Source: the human T2T-CHM13v2.0 reference genome, Homo sapiens. Taken from it: a stretch of DNA of 64,000 bases. The notes beneath the pieces are model-generated. The model saw only the letters and a list, made by a program, of their open reading frames with translations, did no database searches and was not told the origin of the DNA. Numbering within the stretch: the first letter of the stretch is position 1; the number at the start of each line of letters is the position of its first letter. Below, one piece after another: positions 15,505 to 39,105 of this stretch. The position numbers and the translations under genes are program-made. The DNA is taken from assembly GCF_009914755.1 (NCBI RefSeq), contig NC_060930.1; one strand, given 5' to 3'.

Positions 15505-17309
15505 TAATTTCAATACTTTTACATTTGTTGAACTTTGTTCTATGGATTGGGATATGCTGTATCTTTGTGAATGTTACATGAGCACTTGAAAAAAAATGTA
15601 TTTTGCCATTGTGTTCTGTATGTGTCATTTGGGCCCTGTTGTTTGATTGTTATTCAGACCCTCTATATTTTTGCTGATTTTCTGCCAAGTGGTTCTATCA
15701 GTTTCTGAGAGAGGGATGTTGAAGACCCTAACTGTAATTGTGGATTTGTTTATTTCTCCTTTCAGCTCTGAGTTTTTGCTTCATGTATTTTGAGGCTCTG
15801 TTGTTTGGTGTGTACCTATTTAGGATTATTATGTCTTCCTGATTTATTGACCTTTTTATCCTTATGTAATGTCCTATGTCTCTCTTTATCTCTGGCAATT
15901 TTCTTTGCTTTGATGTCTACTTTATTAGATATTAATATAGCTACTCCTGCTTTTAAACAAATGTTTGCATGGTATACCTTTTTTTAAAATCCTTTTATTG
16001 TCAATCTACCTATGTTATTACATTTGAGGTGAGTTTCTGTGAAACAATATATAATTGTCTTGTATTTTTAAATTCACTCTGCTAAGCTTTGTGTGTTTAA
16101 TTGGTTGATTTAATTGGTTTAATTGTGTTTTAATTAGACCATTTCTATTTCACATAACTAATGATATATGTTAATGCTTAAGTCTTCCATTTTTATTATT
16201 TGTTTTCTGTTTGTTCTTCTGGTTCTTGTTTCCATGTTTCTCTTTTCTTTACTTCCTGGGTTACTTGAATTTTTTTTGTTAGGATTCCATCTTGATTTAT
16301 TTACAGTGCTTTTGAGTCTCTACCTTTGGGCATTACAATAGACACATATGACTTTTCACAGCCTACTGGTATCAACAATTTGCCGCCTTTACTGGAGTGT
16401 GAAATCTTCATTTCCATTTCGAGCTCTTTCCCTTCCCCAGATTTAAATATAGTTCTTGTGAGTATCATATGGTATTCTAATTTTTATTTCAATCATTAAA
16501 CATGATTTATAAAACTCATGAAGAAACTTCATAGTCTATTAAATATACTCATATTTTGTCATTTTCTATTATTTTCTTTTCTCCTGATGTTCCAAGGTTC
16601 TTCGTTTTATCCTCTCCTTTCCGTTTGAAGAATTTATTTGGCCAATTTTAAGACTAGATCTGCTAGCAACAAAGTCTTTTACTTTTTCCTTCATCTGAGA
16701 ATGCTTTTATTTTTCCTTCATTCTTGAAGGAGAGTTTATTTATAGAATTTGTGATAGTTCTTCTCTTTGAGCATTTGTCACTTTCTTAGAGCCTCCATGG
16801 TTTCAGAAGAAAAATTCACTGACATTTGAATTTGCATTCTCCTGTAGGTAAATCATCATTTCTCTGTGGCTGCTTTCAAGACTTTTTTCTATGCCTTTCA
16901 TTTCCTGAAATTTAATGTGTGTCTTTGGGTTTATCCTACTTGAAATGTTGAGCTTGTTGAATCTGCAGGTTTGTGTCTTTTTCCAAATTTAGAAAGTTTT
17001 CAGTCATTATTTCTTGGAGTAGTCTTTCAGCTCCATTCTTTCTCCTCTTTTCATTTTGGAATGTGATGATGTAATTGTTGAATTTTTTTATTGCTGTCCC
17101 ATAGGTCCCTACAGCTCTGTTCATTTTTCTAAGTCTATATTCTCGCTGTTGTTCAGACTGAATGAATTCTGTTGATCTGTCCTAAAGTTCACTTATTCTG
17201 TGCTCCATGATCTCCACTCTACGATTATGCCCATCCAACAAGTGCTTTTTGTTGTATTTTTTTATTTCTATAATTTCCATCCAGTTCTCTTTTAAACATC
17301 TATTTCTTT

Positions 17310-17742
17310 TTTTTTAATTTAATTTAATTTTAAGTCCTGGGATACATGTGCAGGACGTGCAGGTTTGTTATATAGGTAAATGTGTGCCATAGTGACACAC
17401 TTATCAATCTGTCACCCAGGTATTAAGCCCCTCATGCATTAGCTATTTATCCTGATGCTTTCCCTCCCTGGCCCCTCAGCAAACCCCATTGTATGTTGTT
17501 CCCCTCCCTGTATCCATATGTTCTCATTTTTCAGCACCCACTTATAAGTGAGAACATGCTTGGTTTTCTATTCCTGTGTTAGTTTGCTGAGGATAATGGC
17601 CTCCAGCTCCATCCACATCCCTGCAAAGGACATGATCTCATTCCTTTTTATGGCTGCATAGTATTCCATGATGTTTATGTACCGCATTTTCTTTATCCAG
17701 TCTGTCATTGATGGGCATTGTGTTGATCCCATGTCTTTGCTA
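17310..17742 (-). mobile_element. Short 5'-truncated L1PA 3' end
   Basis: TSD TTTAAACATCTATTTCTTT at 17291-17309 and 17743-17761. Confidence 0.9.
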
Positions 17743-20129
17743 TTTAAACATCTATTTCTTTAACAAAATTTTTTCAATTGTTTCCAGAGAATTTGTAATT
17801 CACGTTGAGGTTTTTTTTTTTATGATAGCTGCTTTAAAATTCTTGTCAGATAATTACAACATCTGATTAATTTTGGTGTTGGCATCGGTTGGTTGTCTTT
17901 TCTCATTCAAATTTTAGATTTTGGTTCCAATATAACAAGTCGTTTTACTTGTTGTCTGAATATTTTGTCTTATGTTAAAAGTCTCTGGGATCTTACCTAA
18001 ATCTTTTCTTTCAGCAGGAACTCATCCTGTCTATATTTAACATGCAGTTCTTAGGCTACTATGTGGGTTGTGGTTCCAATGATGGTTTCATTTTTAAAGC
18101 CTTTGGTGTGTTATTTTGGTCTGTTTGACTTACCTGATGTTTCTTGGGCTCACACTAGTTCCTGCAGAAGGGGTTTCTCCAGACTGGGTCACTGGGTGTT
18201 CCTAGGTGAGAGAAGGCAGTCCCAGGCCTACAGGTAGAAAGAGGCTCCCTGACCAGATCTTACGGAATGATCTCTCTACTGTGCCCCTAGTTGCCCCAGG
18301 ATCTCTGGTCAGAGGAGGGGAGTATTAGGCCTAGGAGACGAAGAGACTTTGCAGGTCCTGCTGCCTGCTGTGTCTGGGTCCCTCCTCCTGGTTTCACCCA
18401 CTCATCCTGGTATCCCAGTATGGATGGGAATTCCAGGCTTGTGGCGGCTTCCCTAGAAAATACTTATTCTGACAACATCTTCTCTTCTTTGAGGGCCAGA
18501 GTATTTCCCAGGCTGGGTCACTTGGTATGACCCCCTTGAAGGCACCCTCTGGAGGATGTCACAGGCCCTCAGAGGCAAAGAGGCTCCAGGATGAGACTGC
18601 ATGTGTGGAGTTTCCTGCAGGTGCTATGGGGCAACCTTGGTCTCTCCCCACTGGAAGGAGAGTGCTTCTCCCCATCCATCCCCCTTGATGATTCTTCCTG
18701 GTTTGGCTTGTGCTTTCTCAGGGGCTCCAGTTCCATTGTGGGAGGTGTGGCCTTACCAAGGCTGCTTTCTGGTGCTGGGTTGAAGGAAAATGCTGGCCTT
18801 GGGTCACTTTGTTCTACTGGGTCACTTTGTTCTACAGGGTGTTGCTCCTCTAGTCATTGGGTCCCAAACCAGCTCACCTTCTTCTTACCAATAACCAGAG
18901 TTCTCCTTTATTTGCTTCTTGCTATTTTCAGGGTGAGGAGTGGGTACAAATAGGTGTACACCATCTTGCCTGGATTGGAAGCCTAGGGTCTATTTTAAAC
19001 CAAGGGAAGACGTTTCAATGAAGGAAGATGTGGAGGAAAATGAGAAAGACTGCACAGCAGGCAGAAGGGGATGGGAGCTATGAAGCCCTCTTTCACTGGA
19101 GGCAAAGGAAAGCTGAGAAACTACTCTAGAGGCATACATATCTATCTCTGAGTTAGTATGCTTTCTTCCCCCTTCCCCAAATTTCAGCCTTTTGTATTTC
19201 TTCATTCATTCTCTATATAAATAGATATGTGTAATGATAACCACGGTAATTTTTGTTTTTGTTTGTAGGCCATTGCTTTGCTTTCAGTGTGCCTTGAGGT
19301 TTAAACCCCTGAAGAAAAGGAATCTATTGTGAAATTTGGATTATTGTCTAGCAGTAGATGAATTGATGATGGACTGATAAAAGGGTTAATGATGATAACT
19401 TAATTGAGCCTACAAAATTTTATATATGCATACAAAGAGATATATTCACATATAATTTTATTTCTAGCCCCTTGTGGTATTATGAGAGTTTCAATTTAAA
19501 TTATACACAAAATAAATTGTTTTATTATGGTTGCTAAACAAATGTGCTGCAAGTATGTGTATGGATACCTAATCCATTAGCCCAGAGGCCTTAAAAGTGA
19601 GTGTTCTCAATCCTTTGAAAAGAAAATATTAGCATTTCTATTTCTAGTTATTTTTTATCTCAGTGTCCTTTCACTTATATTTTGTGTGTATTTTAAATGC
19701 TATAACATACTATAACAGCAATGCATATATAAAATTTAAAAATTATATAAATTTGGGCACAGATAGGGTGCTGTAAAATCAAAATAGTTTGGAGATTAAT
19801 GCTTCAGGCAACAGAAGATTTTCAAAATTCACTGCATAAAAGAGTACTTAATTTGGGGGCATTCTTCCCAGAATAATTTACAAAATCTTAAACTGAAGAG
19901 AGGCAGAATGTTCACAATATTCATGTATGGATATGTTTGAATAACGCATTTCAATCTCAGAACCTCAGAGGAAGAAATGTTTTTGAAAGCGTGTGGAAGA
20001 GAAAGAAATCTGGCAGCTCAGGACAAAACTTGGATCTGGGATGCAAGGGAGCACAGGTTTGCATGATTTAATGGAGGAAAGCCGGCTGCTACTGCTCTCA
20101 GTAGGTTCTAATCTATCTTTTAAAATCTC

Positions 20130-20375
20130 TTCCCTTTTTCCACCTGTGCGCCTAAAGCTCCTTATCGTACTTTCTTTTTTCTATAGCGTGATTCACCTGC
20201 TAACATACTATACAACGAACTAGTATTAATGTTTATTGTGGGTTGCCTGTCTTCTCCCAGCTAGAATGTAAATTCCATGAGGTCATGTGTCTTCATCGGC
20301 TCATTGATGTAAACCAAGCACCTGCAACAGTGCCTGAATAAAGTGATGATTAACTATGTATTTGTTAAATGACCA
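20130..20375 (+). mobile_element. L2 3' fragment
   Basis: CTAGAATGTAAATTCCATGAGG...ACAGTGCCTG...ATTTGTTAAATGA. Confidence 0.6.
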
Positions 20376-21621
20376 ATAGCAGGGTCCTGGGCTGGCTTAC
20401 AAGTTTTAGGCCTTAGTGGTTTTTATTAGCATTACAGCTAAAGTGCTCTGCGGTTAATGTCCCAAGGTTAAGATATTCTGTTCTCTTTGTCAGCATAAAC
20501 ATAAACTACATTTGGAGATTTTTTTAGATGCCATATGCTGACTAGAATGTGCCTTTAAGAACACAGTATTCTTGATTTTTTTTTGTACAAAATACATTAG
20601 TTTTTTGACTTAGTGCAATTAAATAAATCTTACAATCAGAGAGTTATTTTTAACAGTTGAGTTGAATAAGACTTCTCAGTGCCAATTCATATAGCGCCTT
20701 CCTCAAAGAAGCCCCTCCTGATTAGGCTCACCTGGTTCCCATCACGGTTGTATGTCATGCAACTGTGCGTGTGTCTTTAAAATATGGATCATGCATTGCT
20801 TTCTAAATGTCTTTCGTGGCTTCATTTGTGTTTCCTGTCTTTACTATCCAAGAAAATGATAATCATTGCAGAAGATGTAGAAGTAGAAAAGTTGTACCTG
20901 GCTGCTCCTGAGCATTTTGGAAAGATGTTGAAGAGAAGTCATTTCACTATTAGGGATTTCTGTTCAAGGGATTAGGAAGCTTTTTAGTTTCAATGGCCCC
21001 TAAGTATGAATTTACTTTAGAAGTGGACTTTTAAAATATGTATTTAATTAGTGACTAATTGACCATCTGCTGAGAGCAAGGCAATGAAGGAACAATAAGC
21101 AAGGTTGGATTCAGAAAAAAAGAAATAAGCAAGGATGGATGGATTCAGAAGAAAGAAATGAGAAACTCTCGGAGAAAGCAGACAAATGTAAGGGGAGCAT
21201 TATTCATATTTTGTTTAGGGTTGGCTCTGTAAGTAAATTGCTTTTATTTTATTTTTATTCATCCACTCTGCTTTACAAAGTATGTCTTATTTAAGTGTTA
21301 AAGGAGACAATGATTATGATTACTAGGAAGTATAAATCCTTTTGTTCTTCTATCTTATATAATCTTGCAGAGGTTCTTGAATATAATCATTTCTCTGGTT
21401 TGCTTAAATAATTTTTGATGATTTTTTTCTGGTCCAAATTCAATGAAATACAGGAAAACAAAGTTTGTATGCATTTGGAAAGAACATTGACCTCATCCTC
21501 TCTTCTCTCTGACTTTCCCATCATTTGTGGCTCTTGGGTGTCTGTTTGACTCTTCTATCTATATCATGTCCTCCATATAGTCCAGGCCTATTGATGTTTC
21601 TATATGGCCCATGTCCTTTAC

Positions 21622-21915
<294 letters not shown>

Positions 21916-22470
21916 TTTACTTCTTTCCTCTTGGCAGAGCCCTTTTTGATTTTCTCTTAGAGTATCATGATATTATTTCGACTTGTTTCTGGACCTCTTA
22001 TTTTTTCCTCTGCCTGTCTCACACTCCCACAACCTCCCAAACTAGATTATTATTTCTATTTTCCAATTCTGCACATATTGCTCTCTTGTATTAAAATTTG
22101 CTGTTTTCTTGTTGTCTGGCAGAAAAAGTACAAACTCTCCAAATTGGCATGAATGATTCTCCTCAAAGCATAAACAATCCTACCAGGTTTTCCCCCATTA
22201 TTACCCTACAGCAATGTGTCTAGCACATAATAATGAGAGCTATTAAAAAATGTTTGTTTAAAAATGAACATTTCTTATGTTTCAGCCAGACTTACTTATT
22301 ATTAGTGATACTTTATAATGCTATATGTAGTAACATCTCAGTTCCTTTGTTCGGGCCATAGGGAAACCTACATCATAAAATGCCGTAAGTTAATTGGCAG
22401 ATAGGCTGTCTTCCTATTTTTGCCTTTTAGTATCCCATCAAGGCTTCAAAACTTCGTCGCAAAGCCATCA

Positions 22471-23025
<555 letters not shown>

Positions 23026-25714
23026 CTATGAGATCAGTACCTTTCAAGGGTGTTTGGTGTTTTTTGTTTCTTTTTTGTTTTTTTTTTTAACCACTGCTGT
23101 TCTTGCCATAGCAGGGCCATTTCATCAAATGTAATCTTGCATGGAAATCCACAGAAGAAGAAAAAAAACAAACTCCCTCTGGTTGGAAGAGATGTGATTG
23201 TTATATTCTTCCCAAATATCCTCTTCCTGCTACCCTTTGCTGACTGTACAGAACACCCATTGCTCCGCTCAATCTTATCTGAAAACTACAGTATTTAGTT
23301 TATATGTCATAGCCAACCAGGGCGAGGCCTTTTACTATCACCCCATCAGTGGTTTACCAGAGCTCTAAATATGTGCTTGGAATAAACACTTAAGTAAGGA
23401 GGAGTACATGAAGTTGCATATGGTTAGTGGTTACCTTATATTTCTTATAATTGTATGTCCATTTATTGCCAAATTTTACCCCTGATAAAACCCATCCTCA
23501 CTGTTGGAAATAGCTAGAAATTGAAGAGAAGGAACCTAAGTGAGTAACATAATAGGATTAGATGTTTTCAACAAATGACTTAGAAATAAAGTATATACAG
23601 GTTTTCCTGTGCTCTTTTGCTTTTTGCGAGAAGAAGGCTGAAATAGGAGCAAGCTGACATTTTGCATGCATTTAGGAGGAAAGGGAGGGGTTGATAGGAT
23701 TGGTTTGGAGCAGAGTATTCTGCTGTATTCTGAAAGGTTTGGTTCATCACAGCTGGAAGCAGGGGCAGGAAGGATTCCGATAAAAACAACCCTGGCTATG
23801 AGGAAAGATATTTTTTTGGGGGGGTGGGGGGAGGTTGGGGTAGTGTTCCTATGAGCGTGGGAAAGTTTTCTCTGAAGAGAGGTGGAAAATTGCCTTGAAT
23901 TCTGATCTGAAGACATGCCAAGTTGCTTATCTCTAGAGCTATAGCCACTCAATTGGTAAGGGCAAAGAATGCTCCTAATACAAACGAGAGTTTCAGGAAA
24001 GGAAGAAAGAAAAGGGAAGCGAAAGGAGTATATGAAATAATATTTGCTTTTATGGTATAAAAATTAAGGGAGATTTAGGTCTTCACCAAGAGCAGTATTC
24101 TAATAACATCTTAAAGACCCAAACCTTTTGTTCATTTTTCTTCTTCTTATCTTTCCTCCCTTCTCTCTCCCTTCCTCTTTGTTCTACCCCCTCACCTTTT
24201 TATTTAATGTCTATCAGAAAGTTGAAAGTGATGTTTTCCATTGTCTGTTTTCTAGAAATCCCTGCTAAAGCCCAGAAGCTGCTGCAAAACCAGCCTGACA
24301 ATACCACCGCCTTCTAAGGGGAGCTTGCAATGAGGTTAGCCCTCATTTTAGGTTCTTTAGAGGCCACTGAACAAATTTAGGGACCCTCATCCAGTCACCT
24401 CTCTCCATACTCAATAAATAGAAGATTAGGTATTTTAGGAGGGTGTTATAATTCAGTGACCTAGTAGAGAATGTTTGTGAGGTTGACTCTCCAAGATAAT
24501 TGCTAATAGAGATAATTACTCACTAGGTTTAAAAGAAGGAAAGACTAGCATCTCATTCCTGAGGTGAATGTCTGCTAATGAATCCAACTTCTGATCTACT
24601 CTGTGTCTATGTCAATGGGAGAAGGGAATTGGTAGAGACCCCGGGAAGGGGTCAGCCATGACCTAGTCCTATTGCTACTTCATTACTTGGAGAGGTTACG
24701 ATGCATGAGTTTCCTATGGGGCAGTTGACACATAGCTGACCTCATGCCAGTTTTCTTCAACAGAGTTCCTGCAGGATGAGGGGAGCAATAGCAGAGGCCG
24801 TGGAGAATGCTACGGATGGCAGAGCTATGGGGCGAATAGGAGAATCAAGCCAGAGCATTTCCCCTGGGAAAGAAACTATACTGTGTGGTGTCCTCACTGG
24901 TTGGTATCTTGGAAATTATAAATCAATTCCACTAGAAAGACACCCACTACTCAGAGAAAATCCAAGGTCGGTCCCTGTCAACAAGGGGAAGGGTACGATA
25001 GTACTACCTAAGTCAGTGATGTATGAACTTTTTCTTCTCTGCTAGTCCTCTATCCCATTCCAACACAGCCAGAGGAATGGAGATCCAGAAGAGAGAGGCG
25101 GAAGAAAAGTTGCAGGAACTGACCACATCTGCTTTCTCTGTTAGGTCCTTTGAGCCAACACAGGGGGAGAGAAAAGCATTAAATAACTTAAACATGGAGT
25201 TGAAACCTGACTGGACCAGACTTGTTAGACTCAGAATTACTAGAACATGAAATGTGTGCAAGATAATGCAAAAGAGATGGGAATTTAGTAGAGAATGATT
25301 GAACATAGCTATTAGAAAAAGAGAAATCCATGTCATGTTTATATCCTAACAATTTTTAGACTGCTCAGTAAACTCCATACTATTTGGAGGTTTTGCAGTT
25401 GCACAGTACTTATATTGTCTGTCATAACACTGAAAGTTAACTGACAGAACATGCCTGCTTTCATAAAGAATCCAGAGAATTCAATCTTCTTTGTAGAATG
25501 ACTAGCATGATTAATAATCTAACTCTTCGATTCTAATAACTTGACCCACAATAATCTACTGTGATTTTAAAGTAAGCTGTTAATTGTCTTATGTGCAAGG
25601 CTAGCTTCTGTTGTTTATGACACATTCTGATAAGAACTTCTTAATGGGAGTGATAGATTTTCTTTTGATTTTCTATTAAATGAAGAGAAGAAACTTTGAC
25701 AAATCGGCATTTTA

Positions 25715-25865
25715 GATTTTGATGTCTCTAAGGAGTCAGTTTTTATTTTTTAAGAGGAGACCTGTTACACCCAAGCATGGATTCAAAAGAGATACAACTA
25801 AAAGAAGCTTGCAATGGAACGGATCATTAAGGACCTTCTCAGAAATAGATGAAATGGATGTGGGC
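25715..25865 (-). other. PRL: PRL 3' UTR (3' end approximate)
   Basis: Lies between the stop codon and the expected cleavage point about 20-30 nt past AATAAA. Confidence 0.85.
25742..25747 (-). terminator. PRL: PRL polyadenylation signal AATAAA
   Basis: TTTATT on plus strand, about 120 nt after the stop codon. Confidence 0.92.
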
Positions 25866-35460
<9,595 letters not shown>

Positions 35461-35518
35461 GTTCGTGATCGTTGCAGGAAACACACTTCACCAGAGAAGA
35501 TCTGGAAGTCTCACGGTT
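35461..35518 (-). other. PRL: PRL pituitary 5' UTR (TSS approximate)
   Basis: Between the ATG and a point about 25-30 nt downstream of the TATA box. Confidence 0.8.
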
Positions 35519-35760
35519 TTCTCTTTCCCAGATATTGGCTTTATAAACCTTTGATATCTTCATGAATATAATGAATCAGGCATTCGTTTCCCTTTTCCTG
35601 GTCATCTATTTCCGTCATTGAGATTACCCCCATAATTTCAAACATCAAATGGTATTTTATTTCTTATTCATATTCAGGAAGACATACTGGCCAGAAATGA
35701 ACATTCTAGGAAGGATTTTGATTAATTAGGCCAAAAGGAAATGAGAGAAATGATGAAGGT
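35519..35760 (-). promoter_or_regulatory. PRL: PRL pituitary proximal promoter
   Basis: TATAAA at 35545-35540. Pit-1 1P-like CCTGATTCATTATATTCATGAAG (35580-35558). CRE-like/Ets TGACGGAA (35617-35610). Bicoid-type TAATCT (35626-35621). Ets/Pit-1 3P-like CTTCCTGAATATGAATAAGAA (35681-35661). Layout parallels the rat Prl promoter. Confidence 0.92.
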
Positions 35761-36270
35761 GAGATCTGAGACTAGATTGGTTTGGAGGATCTATAAAACT
35801 ACAGAAGTCATTTACTTTAAAATTTATCTTATTTCTCTAAAGTTTGTTGAATATATAGGATTATATTTCACTTAGGTAACAATCTCATGTATTATCAGTT
35901 ATCAAGTTTCTTCCTCAAGATTGCTAGGTAAAGATTTTAAAATTTTTACACTAAATACCAAGAGATATAGAATAAGGATTGAGAAATCAGGATTTTCAGT
36001 CCCCTGTTACACTGTCATTAAATTTCCTTCATTTTGTTGCTTTTTACATTTTGTTTTATCTTTTTGAAATACACATTTTGTTTTGTCTTTTTAAAAATAC
36101 ATGTGTTTTGTCTTTTTAAAAATAGCGTATCTGTATGGTACTTTGAATGTACATCTTCATCTGTTTATTTCTTTTGATTTTAACATATGTGTTAAGTGGT
36201 ATTATTCTCTCCAGTTTACAGATGAAGAAACAGAAGCTTGGAGAGACTAAAGGTAAAGAATATGAAAGAA

Positions 36271-36351
36271 GTAGTTCAGTGCAAAAGTAATTGAGGTTTT
36301 GGGCTTTACTTTTAAATGGTAAAAACTGCAGTCACTTGCGCACCAGCCTAA
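36271..36351. mobile_element. MADE1 (Hsmar1-derived MITE)
   Basis: GTGCAAAAGTAATTGAGGTTTT...AAAAACTGCAGTCACTTGCGCACCAGCCTAA, about 80-nt palindromic element. Confidence 0.85.
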
Positions 36352-36699
36352 TAATTCTATAGTTGAGTTAAATGAAGGAACAATTATTACTTCACGGAAA
36401 ATCAGGAGTCATATGAGGAAGGCTGGGAAATGAATTCTCTTGTAAACATCCTGTGGACCCACTTCTAAGACAAACAAGCTATAACCCCTGATTTAAGAGT
36501 TTATTTTGGGGAAGTGATGCAGTAGTTTTCCAGGGCAAACACACATGTGTGTGCACACACACAGACACACTTACACCCATCATTCTGGTATACCATGTAA
36601 TAAACTGAAATTCTAGCCAGTAATTTCCACTCTTTTCAAGGATAGCAGTGTGTAAACTGTTATTAACTTATGATCTCTCTACCTTCTCTGACCCTGAGC

Positions 36700-36910
36700 C
36701 ACTCTGAGGCCAAGGTGACAAAAATTCATCTTTCATGGGCTTAAAAATTCCATTCACCTTTTGGAAATTTCCTAAATGAAATGACTATAATGAATAAGAA
36801 CTAAGTTTTATTGATGACTTTCTCTAATTTTTAAGTCCATGCATCTAAAGCAGCCTGTGACCTTTAGTTTCAAATTTGCTGTCTCTTACAATAGACTGAT
36901 GAATGAGGTA
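36700..36910 (-). promoter_or_regulatory. PRL: PRL distal enhancer: imperfect ERE plus Pit-1-type sites
   Basis: GGCCAaggTGACA at 36708-36720 (2 mismatches to GGTCAnnnTGACC), about -1.19 kb, abuts an ATGAAT Pit-1-type motif; further ATGAAT motifs near 36790 and 36900. Confidence 0.8.
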
Positions 36911-38036
36911 ATTTAAAAAATAGTCTTCCTATGGCATTTACTTTTTCTTTAGTTCCTAGAGCCACATATGTGCTTTAGCAATTATCTGACTAAGTGCTCT
37001 TATGGGGACCTAGAAATCTTAACAAAGACTAACGTCTCTGAAAAACTATCTTCCTAATTGCCTTAGTTTAAGGCAATCCTACATTTTGAATCATAAACAT
37101 CAAATGTGATGATTCATAGACTCTCTCAATCTGAAAGCTGGGTCAGGATTCCATATACTCACATTAGGTATTCATTTTTTCCCTGGATGGAGAGAGTCTG
37201 AATTATTAAGAAAGCAGAGCTGTGTGGCAGAGAAATTAACATTATCCTATATTCTCCTCCTCTCCCATAAACTTAAGAGTAAGAAAATCTGTTATAAGAA
37301 CTGACAATGACAACTTAATCTTAAAATTTAAAGGTGTTGCAACATTCTTGGATAGCCAGGATAAGAGCAATCTAAGAAAACCTAAGCTGTGTTTATTCAG
37401 GGTCTGTCAGTCGATTTATTTGACTGCAAAGAGGTACAGGTTTCTCTGTAAAATTTATTGTGTGTCTCCTTGCTGCTCCATAGCCCCACATTTCCTGTGA
37501 ATGGAATATTGAAATATATAAATAATGCAAAGACATATATTATGCAAAAATCATAGTTGTCCTAATTCTTCTAACTGCTATGCATGTTACCCCCTTTCAC
37601 CTTAATTTTTATATGTGCTTTCTTGCCAGGCTTTCTCTTTATCAAACTGTGCCCTTAATTTAAAACAATAAAGAAGTTCAGTAAGAATAGGGTTGTACAT
37701 TTTAAAACTTTACAAAACTTCATTTGTTTGCCATTTTTGGTCTGAGAGCTTGTGATGCAACTGAGGGGTGATGATTGATTTATGTCAAGTAGCTGAATAA
37801 ATAGCTCAAATGATGCTAAAGTTCCCATGCTATGTTTAGTACCTGAAACTAATAAACAAGGTTGCCATCTTTTCTAAAGAACGCTAATTTTTAACATTAA
37901 GTAACATCAGGTTGGTTTTTATTCCTAATTTAGAACAAAGTTTGTATTTTCTTTTGTTTATCTGTTTTTAAGTTTGGAATAATTTTGTTTTTTCTTCTGT
38001 CACGTATGAAGCAAAGTATATTTAAAATCCTTCACA

Positions 38037-38358
<322 letters not shown>

Positions 38359-38722
38359 CTACTGCAAAATATGCTAAGGGATATTAAAGAGTGAAAGAAA
38401 TTAAGAGTTAAAAAAATCCTCAGAATGAATGTATCACAAAGATATTTCAATTTATATTAGTAGTGAATTGTCTTAAATAAAATGAAATATGAAATGATTA
38501 AAGGAGTATTGTCTATGAATTGAAAAATTCTGAATAGTCGTCTTCTAATGACTAAAAAATTAAATAGGACGTGTGCTGTTTTCAATATAAAATATTAGAC
38601 AATGTAAAGGGCACATTGGAGAAGAGATCAATAGTGGTTTTTTTTGAATGGCACTATTTTTAGAATAAGCAAAATGCAATGACTTAATTACATCCTACTA
38701 TTTAGATTAACTTCATACATAT

Positions 38723-39105
38723 TGTTGAATTGAATTTGGCCTAATGCTGCCCCATTTTCAGTAAACTGCAATCTAACTTAGTATGTAAACAAACTGCAAC
38801 CTAAATTAAGAATATATTCTTGTAACAAGTAGCTGAGTCTTGGCCAATCTTAGCAGCTGAGCTTTCAGCCAGTTACAGGCTACAAACTGCTCAGATGTCC
38901 AAATAAGGCAAAGAAGGAGCTGTAATCAATGACACTATTTCTGTTTGTCATTTTATTTTTCTGTCTGTAAATACTGCCTGCCCACTTTGCAGAGTGGAGC
39001 TCTCTAAACCATTACTCGTTTAGGGTGCTGCCTCATTCATTAATTGTCTCTTTGCTCGTTTAAACTCTGCTAAAATTAATTTATCTAAAGTTTTTTCTTT
39101 TAACA
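38723..39105 (+). mobile_element. MER57-like ERV1 solo LTR
   Basis: TGTTGAATTGAATTTGGCCTAA...CAAATAAGGCAAA...TAAACTCTGCTAAAATTAATTTATCTAAAGTTTTTTCTTTTAACA. Confidence 0.75.
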
